Positions 7,968 to 16,246 of a stretch of 32,000 bases of DNA are shown piece after piece. The notes under the pieces were generated by a model. It did no database searches, had not been told where the DNA came from, and saw only the letters and a list, made by a program, of their open reading frames with translations. How positions within the stretch are numbered: the first letter of the stretch is position 1; every line of letters begins with the position of its first letter. The stretch spans positions 570,001 to 602,000 of the forward strand of contig NZ_AP013028.1 of the NCBI RefSeq assembly GCF_000829315.1. Reading direction: 5' to 3'. The position numbers were made by a program, and so were the translations under genes. This DNA is from Wolbachia endosymbiont of Cimex lectularius (GTDB lineage Bacteria; Pseudomonadota; Alphaproteobacteria; Rickettsiales; Anaplasmataceae).

Positions 7968-9506
7968 ATGCAACTGAACAAATACAAAAATCAAAATGTT
8001 GCGGTTTTTGGTCTTGGTAAAACTGGTTTGTCCGTTATTAACGCTCTAATGAAGAGCGGTGCAAGAATATATGCGTGGGATGATAACGAAGAGCAAATAG
8101 CAGATGCAAAAATGATGTATCGGGGGTGTAATTTTATTCATCCCAGAGAATATAATTGGCATGAAATAGGAACGTTGATTTTAAGCCCTGGAGTGCCAAT
8201 TTCATATCTAACGCCGCATTGGATAGTGAAACTTGCAAGAAGCGTTGACTGCAAAATAAAATCGGATATTGAGCTATTTCTTGAAACTAAAACTGCAAAT
8301 CAGAAGGTAATAGGTGTCACAGGAACAAATGGCAAGTCAACCACTGTGTCACTAATAGGGCACGTATTAAAATCTGCAGGGAAAAAGGTAGCTATTGGTG
8401 GAAATTTAGGTGTTCCTGTTTTGGAGCTAGAAAGAGATGCAGAAATTTATGTAATTGAGTTCTCCTCTTTTCAATTGGAGTTGATGAATGAAATTAACGT
8501 GGACATTGCAGTGTTGCTCAACATTACACCAGACCACATAGACAGACATGGAAGTATGGAGAATTATATAGCAACTAAATTGAAACTGATAAACGGTAGT
8601 GAGACTGCCGTGATAGGGTGTGGTAACAAAATTACCGCTGATGCATTCAACAAATTCACTGGGAACAAGATTCCAATTTTAGGGACATACTTTCCGGTGT
8701 CATTCCAGCGCGTGACGCTGGAATCCAGAAAAGAAAAACCACTGTCAGTTACTCAAATGATAGAGGGTGGTACAAGAGGTCTAATATCATTGATAGGTAA
8801 TAATTTGCTTGACTATAGTGAACAGATTACTGGTACAGAACAAAATTGCCTGGATCCCAGTGTCAGCTACTTGGATGACAAAAAAGGTGCTGCGATCCAG
8901 AAAAACTTGATAAAGTTAGAGAATTATAACTTATCAATAAATGACGTGAAAATAAACTTAACATCCAACGCAGAAAATATAGCAGCCGCATATACCGTAT
9001 GTAAGCTGCTTAAAATAGATAACAACACTATTATTGATGGAATCAAATCCTTTCCAGGTTTGAAACACAGAAATGAATTACTTGGCAAAATAGAAAATGT
9101 GTTTTTTGTGAACGATAGCAAAGCAACTAATGCCAAGTCGAGCGAACAAGCGATTTTGTCTTATAAAAACGTATATTGGATTGTTGGCGGAAGAAGTAAA
9201 GAAGGTGGCATAGAGTCACTAAGCAAGCACTTTACAAGAATTAGAAAAGCTTTTCTAATTGGAGAATCAACAGAAGCTTTTGCAAATGTTATGAAGAATA
9301 AAGTAGATTATATGAAGTGTTATGATCTAGAAAACGCATTTAAACTGGCTTTCGAAGAGGCCATAAATAGCAAAGAAGAAGTAACGATATTGCTTTCTCC
9401 TGCATGTTCTTCTTTTGATCAGTGGAAAAATTTTGAAGAACGAGGTGACACATTTTGCAGAATGTTTGAAAATCTCAGGTACAATTACATGTACTGTTTA
9501 GTATAA
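7968..9506 (+). CDS. murD: UDP-N-acetylmuramoylalanine--D-glutamate ligase carrying an in-frame repeat-element insertion
   Basis: Rossmann-like N-terminus GLGKTG and the Mur ligase P-loop GVTGTNGKSTT. At 512 aa it is longer than the usual ~440-450 aa because of the repeat segment at about 8696-8905. Confidence 0.85.
   Translation: MQLNKYKNQNVAVFGLGKTGLSVINALMKSGARIYAWDDNEEQIADAKMMYRGCNFIHPREYNWHEIGTLILSPGVPISYLTPHWIVKLARSVDCKIKSDIELFLETKTANQKVIGVTGTNGKSTTVSLIGHVLKSAGKKVAIGGNLGVPVLELERDAEIYVIEFSSFQLELMNEINVDIAVLLNITPDHIDRHGSMENYIATKLKLINGSETAVIGCGNKITADAFNKFTGNKIPILGTYFPVSFQRVTLESRKEKPLSVTQMIEGGTRGLISLIGNNLLDYSEQITGTEQNCLDPSVSYLDDKKGAAIQKNLIKLENYNLSINDVKINLTSNAENIAAAYTVCKLLKIDNNTIIDGIKSFPGLKHRNELLGKIENVFFVNDSKATNAKSSEQAILSYKNVYWIVGGRSKEGGIESLSKHFTRIRKAFLIGESTEAFANVMKNKVDYMKCYDLENAFKLAFEEAINSKEEVTILLSPACSSFDQWKNFEERGDTFCRMFENLRYNYMYCLV
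8696..8905. repeat. palindromic repeat element embedded in the murD reading frame
   Basis: GGTGTCATTCCAGCGCGTGACGCTGGAATCCAGAAAAG at one end and CTGGATCCCAGTGTCAGCTACTTGGATGACAAAAAAG at the other. Both belong to the intergenic repeat family seen elsewhere in the window. Confidence 0.7.
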
Positions 9507-9512
9507 TGTTGT

Positions 9513-10112
9513 ATGGAACAAGATGAAATAAAGTCAGTAGTAGACGAACTGATTAGGGTCATTCCATTTGAGGGGATAAGCGATGAAACCTTATTGAAAG
9601 TGTGCACGGACCTTAACCTAGCCAATAGCTTTTGCAAATTTCAAAATGGAATATACAGTGCTTTGGAGCATATAGCTGAGGACTTAAATAGTTCAATGGA
9701 AGCTGAGCTAATAAACTCCAATTTAGAAGATATGAAAGTGCGGGAGCGAGTAAAATTAGCTGTTCAAATACGCCTCTCAAACTACGCTAAACTACCAAAT
9801 TATAGAGAATTTTTAAAAAATGTTTTACTATTTTCTGTATTGCCAAAGAATACATACTTTTCTAGTAAACTCTTGTACAGAACTGTTAGTGCAATTTGGT
9901 ATGGCATCTACGATCAATCAACAGATTTTAATTACTATACAAAACGGGCAATATTAGCTGGGGTATATTTAAGCACAATGCTTTTCTTTATCAATGACTA
10001 CTCAGAAGGTTTTGCAGATACTCTATCATTTCTTGACAGACGTATCGACAACGTCATGGCATTTCAAAAGTTCAAAACTCGCTTAAAAGGAATTGTGGGA
10101 AGTTTCCTATAG
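9513..10112 (+). CDS. COQ9-family (rpsU-divergently-transcribed type) protein
   Basis: Matches the remembered COQ9 C-terminal pattern: AIWYGIYDQSTDFNYYTKRAIL...LSFLDRRIDNVM. Confidence 0.6.
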   Translation: MEQDEIKSVVDELIRVIPFEGISDETLLKVCTDLNLANSFCKFQNGIYSALEHIAEDLNSSMEAELINSNLEDMKVRERVKLAVQIRLSNYAKLPNYREFLKNVLLFSVLPKNTYFSSKLLYRTVSAIWYGIYDQSTDFNYYTKRAILAGVYLSTMLFFINDYSEGFADTLSFLDRRIDNVMAFQKFKTRLKGIVGSFL

Positions 10113-10131
10113 GTTTTTTAAGCTATGTTTT

Positions 10132-10160
10132 AAAGCCATTTTGGCTTTCTTTAGTTTTTA
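10132..10160 (+). terminator. weak intrinsic terminator candidate
   Basis: AAAGCC-atttt-GGCTTT stem followed by the T-rich CTTTAGTTTTTA, downstream of the murD/COQ9-like pair. Confidence 0.3.
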
Positions 10161-10175
10161 TGTTAAGATAGTAGG

Positions 10176-11516
10176 ATGTTTATCAATGAAAAAATGAAAG
10201 TTATTTGTTATCCTGACCCTAACATTAAACCAGAAAAAGATGCAAAGCACATAATAAACTTTTTTGGGATACTTGGGTGTATTAAGGTTAATGCACTTGG
10301 TAAAGACGAATCCAAAGAGCAAGAAGGTGAATTTAATGTAGTTAGACATTACTTCGACTATCCTTATTTTTCTAGAATTGTCAACCCAAAACTCTTTCAA
10401 AAAGAATTGGACGATGAAGAAAAAAAATTTACTAGAAGGATAGTATCACTATGGTTATGTTTTGCTATATTGTCCACTGCTTCTATTGTGTCGTTATACC
10501 TGGCGTACCAGAATCAAAAATCAAAAAAAGTGCTTACGGGGTTAGCTTGTGCATCAACAGTATTATTAATTTTGGCTACCATATGTTTTATCGTAGTTTT
10601 ATCGTGGGTGTTTTTTGACTTTATTAAGGCAAAGTTTGTTGTACATAGAATTAAAAGCTTCTTGGAAAATGAAGTCAGCCCTGAATGGATAAGGCGTTAT
10701 AAGAAAGAGTTTATAGGTGAGACTTGCGATCAAGAGTTAGAAAAGGATATAGAAGATATTATAGAGTTTCTTTTGGAGAGAAAGAAGATTGTAGCACTGT
10801 ATAACTTTCTAACAAATGGGGAAGAATTAGTCCAAGCTGGAATGGCAATGGTGAACAAGTTGCTTATAGATGGCATACGTCCAGACAACATAGTTTTAGA
10901 TACTAACTCTCTCGGAGGAGGAGTTGCAGCAGAAGTTCTAAAAAGATTTGAAGATCAGGGTATCCATTTGACACTAATTCACAGTAATTCTTTTAGTTCA
11001 CTCAAAGATGCAACTAATAACTTTCCTCATGGAGTAGGGGGCTTTTTCACGAGGTGGCTTCCCGCAAAGTTTTTGAATTTTTGGTTTGGGCGTTGCGGAT
11101 TAGATTTTAATCCACAGAAGGTTGTAGAGAATACGAAATGCCCTGTCTTAATTGCTGGCAGGAGAGGTGATACTGTGATTCCACAAGCAGCACAACTTGT
11201 TAACAAATTTGATGATCTATCCGGAGAAAGGTTAAGAAAAAATATAGTGCTGGAACATAATCCTAATGTTCCTTGTGAGAATAAAAATATTCACACCGAC
11301 CGTAAAGAACATTTAGTTTGTTGTGAGGATAATAAAGGTACAACAAAATACACCAGTTACAAAGAAAAAGAAAATGAATTTATTCAAGAGGCACATGGGT
11401 ATTCAGTTAAACTTAACAGAGAATTTGATCTAGAAAACTACCGTAAGAGTGTTGTTTCCAAAAGTTTGACACAAATAGAATCAAAATTCATAAATGAAGA
11501 GTATATGCAAGTTTAA
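10176..11516 (+). CDS. hypothetical membrane protein with two adjacent transmembrane helices and a lipase-like alpha/beta-hydrolase domain
   Basis: Hydrophobic hairpin at about residues 90-150, the nucleophile-elbow-like motif DTNSLGGGVAAEV, and later candidate acid and His residues (RRGDTVIP, NIHTD). The start codon is uncertain (10176 or 10194). Confidence 0.5.
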   Translation: MFINEKMKVICYPDPNIKPEKDAKHIINFFGILGCIKVNALGKDESKEQEGEFNVVRHYFDYPYFSRIVNPKLFQKELDDEEKKFTRRIVSLWLCFAILSTASIVSLYLAYQNQKSKKVLTGLACASTVLLILATICFIVVLSWVFFDFIKAKFVVHRIKSFLENEVSPEWIRRYKKEFIGETCDQELEKDIEDIIEFLLERKKIVALYNFLTNGEELVQAGMAMVNKLLIDGIRPDNIVLDTNSLGGGVAAEVLKRFEDQGIHLTLIHSNSFSSLKDATNNFPHGVGGFFTRWLPAKFLNFWFGRCGLDFNPQKVVENTKCPVLIAGRRGDTVIPQAAQLVNKFDDLSGERLRKNIVLEHNPNVPCENKNIHTDRKEHLVCCEDNKGTTKYTSYKEKENEFIQEAHGYSVKLNREFDLENYRKSVVSKSLTQIESKFINEEYMQV

Positions 11517-12061
11517 GTTGATAGAGAAAGGAAAATTATTCTTGCTATGCCGTAAGTGCGCTCCAAGACTATACTAAAATTTTTATTGCACTGAAAATCT
11601 TCGTTTTTCCTAATCTCTAGAATTATCAATGCATCATCACTTAGCCAGCCTGAGTGAGCTAATCCATCTAAAGTTGAGTGGACCAGATTACTATTGTAAG
11701 GTGGATCTATAAAAACTATGTCGCATTGTGAAATGGGTTTTGGTAATTTGTCAGCGCTGCAGCAAATTAGCGTAATATCGTCCGTAGTTCCAAGATTTCC
11801 TGCCGTTTTCTTAGGCAATTGCAAATTGTAATAGTCTGAATCTACCATGAATGCATGTTTAGCACCGCGGGAAAGTGCTTCAAATGAAAAAGAGCCACTT
11901 CCACAGAATAAATCAAGTACGTTTGAGTTATGAATAGGCTTTTTTGAAAAAAGTGTGTTGAATATTGCTTCCCGGACAACGCCCATGGTAGGCCGTGCGG
12001 CTAAATGCTTACCTGTGGCTATCTTTCTTCCACGATATTTCCCTGCAATAATACGCAGCAT
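11513..12061 (-). CDS. rsmD: 16S rRNA (guanine966-N2)-methyltransferase
   Basis: N-terminal RIIAGKYRGRKI, the SAM motif LDLFCGSGSFSFEA and the DPPY motif. Confidence 0.85.
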   Translation of the reverse strand: MLRIIAGKYRGRKIATGKHLAARPTMGVVREAIFNTLFSKKPIHNSNVLDLFCGSGSFSFEALSRGAKHAFMVDSDYYNLQLPKKTAGNLGTTDDITLICCSADKLPKPISQCDIVFIDPPYNSNLVHSTLDGLAHSGWLSDDALIILEIRKNEDFQCNKNFSIVLERTYGIARIIFLSLST

Positions 12062-12129
12062 ACTAAATAAGCTCCAAATTAGCTAATTATTTAGTAGTAC
12101 ATGATTAGTGTCAATATAACTTTGGCAGT

Positions 12130-12650
12130 CCAATTCTCACTACACAGAAAGCGAACAGACAACAGTAGAGAAAGGCTACCCAACAGAAACAAAAAAACTA
12201 CTTGACAACCTTCGCCGTTACCCTTACAATGATACTGAAGCTATTTGTTTATCTTCGCAATCTGTGCAGGTTAATGACAAAAAACTTAGGGTATTTGGCG
12301 TCTCATGTTTAAATTTTTGCACTATGTGCACCTTACGTCTTTTTAAAACTTCTGGTTTTTACCTATACAAGCTGAAACGCGCTTATAAGTCGTTTAAGAC
12401 AGTATAGAACGTCAAATAGACAAGGGAGAATTTGAATACTAGCTGCCCTAGAGTTTTTTTGCCCTTTTTCCTGCTTAGTAAATTTCTTAACGTTTACAGT
12501 TTTGGTTATTTACATTTAAAAGTAGCTGAATCGTAGCGCTGAGAATAAAAATGCCGATATTTGAGGTACATATAAATAATTAGCCACCAACCGGGGCTTC
12601 TTTTGCTTTTTTTCTCCATTTTGTAAGTTTCTTAAACATTAAAGCAATTC
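12130..12650 (+). repeat. promoter-leader repeat module, copy B
   Basis: Collinear with 20195-20680 over about 450 bp and with 3424-3810. It contains two tandem subunits, 12409-12490 and 12547-12635. Confidence 0.8.
12202..12230 (+). promoter_or_regulatory. sigma70-like promoter TTGACA-N17-TACAAT (module copy B)
   Basis: Read directly and preceded by AAAAAAACTAC. It is oriented toward the ankyrin gene. Confidence 0.5.
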
Positions 12651-12679
12651 ATGAACGAACATTTATTTTTACAACAAAT

Positions 12680-12706
12680 GGTGTCATTCCAGTGCGTGAC
12701 GCTTGT
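12680..12706. repeat. single palindromic element
   Basis: GGTGTCATTCCAGTGCGTGACGCTTG, the same family as at 8696 and 23311. Confidence 0.6.
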
Positions 12707-12783
12707 ATTTTTGTGGCTGTACATCAAAGCTCACAGATTATTAATAATCTTACTATAAAATATAATTTTATAAGAGATATGAG

Positions 12784-13021
12784 GTGAGCGTTTCAGATAC
12801 TGAGTTACTTGATGCTGCTAGAAACGGTAATATTGAGAAAGTAAAATATCTGATAAATGAAGGAGCAGATGTTGATACGCGAGATCAAGACTACAGTACT
12901 CCTTTACATTTGGCTGCTTACAATAGCCATACAGATACAGTAGAAGCTCTATTAAACGCAGAAGGAATCAATGTTAATGCGAAAGATAATAATGGATTAA
13001 TTCCTTTACATTTTGCCATTA
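12784..13021 (+). pseudogene. ankyrin-repeat protein, truncated by IS copy 2
   Basis: Two ankyrin repeats (TPLHLAAYNSHTDTVEALL, GLIPLHFAI). The frame runs directly into the IS inverted repeat at 13022. GTG start. Confidence 0.7.
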
Positions 13022-13882
13022 GAACCTGTTTAAAATCTTCGTAACAGGAGAGAAATGAAGGAGAGGACTATCATCTGTAAGCTAGTGTTGAGCTTCCGCT
13101 CGCAATTTTTCCACAATCGCCTGCACTTTTCTAACCAGGCAAAAGAGCGTTCAACAACCCATCTTTTTGGCAATACGACGAAAGTGTGTAACTCACTTCG
13201 CTTTATTACTTCAACAGTCGCACCAATGATAGCTTTTATTTGTGTTGCAAAATTTTCTCCTGTGTAGCCAGCATCAACCAGTATGTTTTTAACTTCAGAG
13301 AGGTTTGCTTTAGCATTTTCGACCATTTTCACAGCACTGCTACGGTCAGTTGCTTCTGCCGTTGTTACATAAATTGCATGTGGCAAACCTTGTGTATCAA
13401 CTGCAATATGGCGCTTTATCCCTGAAATCTTTTTACCTGCATCATAGCCTTTTTTTTTCAGCAGTATCTGCGTTTTTAACGCTTTGAGAATCAATTATAC
13501 AAAAGCTAGTTTTCTCTTTCCGACCATTGCTGATACGGACCTCTCCAACTAATTTTTTTTAAGACTAATTCCAACAAGCTTGGCTCTTCTCCACTCTTTT
13601 TACTCCACACTCGAAAATAGTAATATACGCTTTCCCATCTTGGAAAACCCTTTGGTAACATCCTCCACTGACAACCACTTTTTAAGACGTACAACACCCC
13701 ACAAAATACGTCATACAAATCAAGTTTTCTTGGTTTTGTTTTCTGCTTGCTACTCTCCAAAATTGGCCTGATTTTTTCAAACTGCTCTTGACTTATATTA
13801 CTTGGATAACTTTTCTGCATAGACACCTCATTATTAATCTATGCTTACTTTACCTCACATTTCCAAGATTTTAAACAGGTTC
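13022..13882 (-). mobile_element. IS5-family insertion sequence, full copy 2 (861 bp), flanked by TTA/TTA
   Basis: Same inverted repeats as copy 1. TTA occurs at 13019-13021 and 13883-13885. It is one nucleotide longer than copies 1 and 3 because of a T9 run (A9 in sense) at 13450-13458. Confidence 0.9.
13030..13820 (-). pseudogene. IS5-family transposase with an extra frameshift (A9 instead of A8 in the second A-tract)
   Basis: orfA is intact with one N-to-S change. The orfB frame entered from the A8 run is broken at the A9 run, so two shifts would be needed. Confidence 0.65.
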
Positions 13883-14356
13883 TTAGACGAAAGTTTATTT
13901 GGCAGCTTATTATCAGACTACTCTGGTACAAAGGTCGAAAAAGACGGACCGGTGTTGTCATTTGGAAGAGTGAATTTTTTCAGGTTTAGTTGTCCACCAA
14001 TTTTGGTTATAGACGTTTGCTTACGCGACCATTATGAACAAGCTTTTAGTAATGATGTATATTGTCTAGATGTAGCAGTACTTGGAGAAACAGAGCCTCA
14101 CACAAAGAATTATAAAGGTATTTATGAAAGAAATCATCAATGGTATAATTTCAAAACACTTTACCCTTTACCACAGAGTTTACTACCAGAAATTAAGTTT
14201 GCCAAAGCAGAGATAGTATTATCGGATAGTTGGAACTTAGGGGAAATAAATGCGTGTTTTCCGGTTACAAGTGTAGAAGAAACAGGGAATAAATTTGTAC
14301 TAGGAAGTGATAGACTATCTGAGCAACGTTGGAATTTAAAGTACGAGCCAATTTTA
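13883..14356 (+). pseudogene. internal fragment of an unknown gene, open across all 468 bp, cut at both ends by IS copies
   Basis: A single stop-free frame (LDESLFGS...NLKYEPIL) runs from one IS boundary to the other, which is unlikely by chance in AT-rich DNA. No motif is recognised. Confidence 0.5.
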
Positions 14357-15216
14357 GAACCTGTTTAAAATCTTGGAAATGTGAGGTAAAGTAAGCATAG
14401 ATTAATAATGAGGTGTCTATGCAGAAAAGTTATCCAAGTAATATAAGTCAAGAGCAGTTTGAAAAAATCAGGCCAATTTTGGAGAGTAGCAAGCAGAAAA
14501 CAAAACCAAGAAAACTTGATTTGTATGACGTATTTTGTGGGGTGTTGTACGTCTTAAAAAGTGGTTGTCAGTGGAGGATGTTACCAAAGGGTTTTCCAAG
14601 ATGGGAAAGCGTATATTACTATTTTCGAGTGTGGAGTAAAAAGAATGGAGAAGAGCCAAGCTTGTTGGAATTAGTCTTAAAAAAAATTAGTTGGAGAGGT
14701 CCGTATCAGCAATGGTCGGAAAGAGAAAACTAGCTTTTGTATAATTGATTCTCAAAGCGTTAAAAACGCAGATACTGCTGAAAAAAAAGGCTATGATGCA
14801 GGTAAAAAGATTTCAGGGATAAAGCGCCATATTGCAGTTGATACACAAGGTTTGCCACATGCAATTTATGTAACAACGGCAGAAGCAACTGACCGTAGCA
14901 GTGCTGTGAAAATGGTCGAAAATGCTAAAGCAAACCTCTCTGAAGTTAAAAACATACTGGTTGATGCTGGCTACACAGGAGAAAATTTTGCAACACAAAT
15001 AAAAGCTATCATTGGTGCGACTGTTGAAGTAATAAAGCGAAGTGAGTTACACACTTTCGTCGTATTGCCAAAAAGATGGGTTGTTGAACGCTCTTTTGCC
15101 TGGTTAGAAAAGTGCAGGCGATTGTGGAAAAATTGCGAGCGGAAGCTCAACACTAGCTTACAGATGATAGTCCTCTCCTTCATTTCTCTCCTGTTACGAA
15201 GATTTTAAACAGGTTC
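14357..15216 (+). mobile_element. IS5-family insertion sequence, full copy 3 (860 bp), flanked by TTA/TTA
   Basis: Same inverted repeats as the other copies. TTA occurs at 14354-14356 and 15217-15219. Confidence 0.9.
14419..15208 (+). CDS. IS5-family DDE transposase, orfA + orfB joined by a +1 shift in the A8 run at 14679-14686
   Basis: Codon-by-codon reading: the orfA frame gives TTA AAA AAA ATT AGT. The orfB frame starts TAA AAA AAA TTA GTT GGA and stays open to 15208. Confidence 0.8.
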
Positions 15217-15911
15217 TTATATGCAGCAAGATACTGGCTGTTAGATTCTGAATTGGGAATTTGCAAAAGATTTGATGGAATAGCTCCTCCATTATCTTTG
15301 CCAAAGCTACTACCAATATTGTGCCCTGATGGCCGTTCCTTTGGAGTATAATAAGCCTTTGGGTTCTCTATAAGTTTTTTCATCCGGCCACTGTATTCAA
15401 CTAGCACTTTTGTGACATCTGCTTTAGGCCACTCGGTCTTGCTGAACCACCACACAGCATTAACAGAATCTTTTACTCTGATTTTTCTCTTATTGACCCA
15501 TTCAATCGGACTTGGCAATTTAGAGGGATTATACCAATAGAAATCTTCTGCAAGGAAGAAGCCTATATCATCACAAAAATGCATAAGCACCCTAAAATTA
15601 TATAAACTCCTTGATGGCGCGCCTTTTTCATAAGCCCCACCTAAATCAAGCACAAAGCTGCCTGTATCTTTTAGTTTGCTGTGTACTAATTTTGCAAATT
15701 GGCTAAGCCATGAAACATATTCCGTTTGGGATTCATTTCCGTATTCTTTTTTTCTTTGCAAAGCAAACGGTGGACTGGTTATTACGAGATCCAAGCTATT
15801 ATCTGGTAATTGCGGCAATAGGTCAAGCGAGTCTTCACAATATGCAACTCCCATATCTGTAGTATATGTGGGTTTATTATTAAATTTAAAGTTTTCCAAT
15901 ATGTGTACCAT
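15217..15911 (-). pseudogene. beta-class N4/N6 DNA methyltransferase, 3'-truncated by IS copy 3
   Basis: Motif IV TSPPF lies near the N-terminus. The expected C-terminal AdoMet-binding motif I (FxGxG) is absent because the frame runs into the IS at 15217. Confidence 0.7.
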
Positions 15912-16217
15912 TGGAATTCTTGAATTTTACTGAATTGATTGGTAGTTTTAAGGCACCTGCTACTTAAATTTAGGTGCCCATTAAGTAGTTGGAAATAACA
16001 AACCGGTTCAGTTGCCTACCCCATAAGTTTGGTACTCCCTTTCAATCATAAGGTACCTTGCTGCTTGAAATATTTCCCTTGTAAAATTAAGTTACCTTTT
16101 ACATCAGCTTATTTAAGCTGCACTAGCACGTTTTGGCCTTTTGTAGATGAGTAATTCTCTAGGAATTATCCTATTGAATTCTATGATATTACTTTTTGTA
16201 TCATTGTACTCATTATC

Positions 16218-16246
16218 ATGATAAGGGTGTCGGCGGAGGTTGTCAA
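16218..16246 (-). promoter_or_regulatory. sigma70-like promoter TTGACA-N17-TATCAT (module copy D, promoter part only)
   Basis: The minus strand reads AAAAAAAACTACTTGACAACCTCCGCCGACACCCTTATCAT. The spacer is nearly identical to copy B. It is oriented toward the methyltransferase remnant. Confidence 0.5.

Noticed and set aside
10158-10400. 80-aa minus-strand ORF overlapping the 5' end of the 446-aa gene.
   Set aside because: It overlaps a longer, better-supported ORF and has a low-complexity, AT-driven composition.
12784-14356. The ankyrin fragment and the 468-bp fragment as two halves of one gene split by IS copy 2, given matching TTA duplications.
   Set aside because: After removing the IS and one TTA, the ankyrin frame reads ...HFAIRRKFIW... 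and stops 34 codons later. The long open frame of the fragment is offset by one nucleotide. TTA flanks are uninformative because this IS always targets TTA/TAA.
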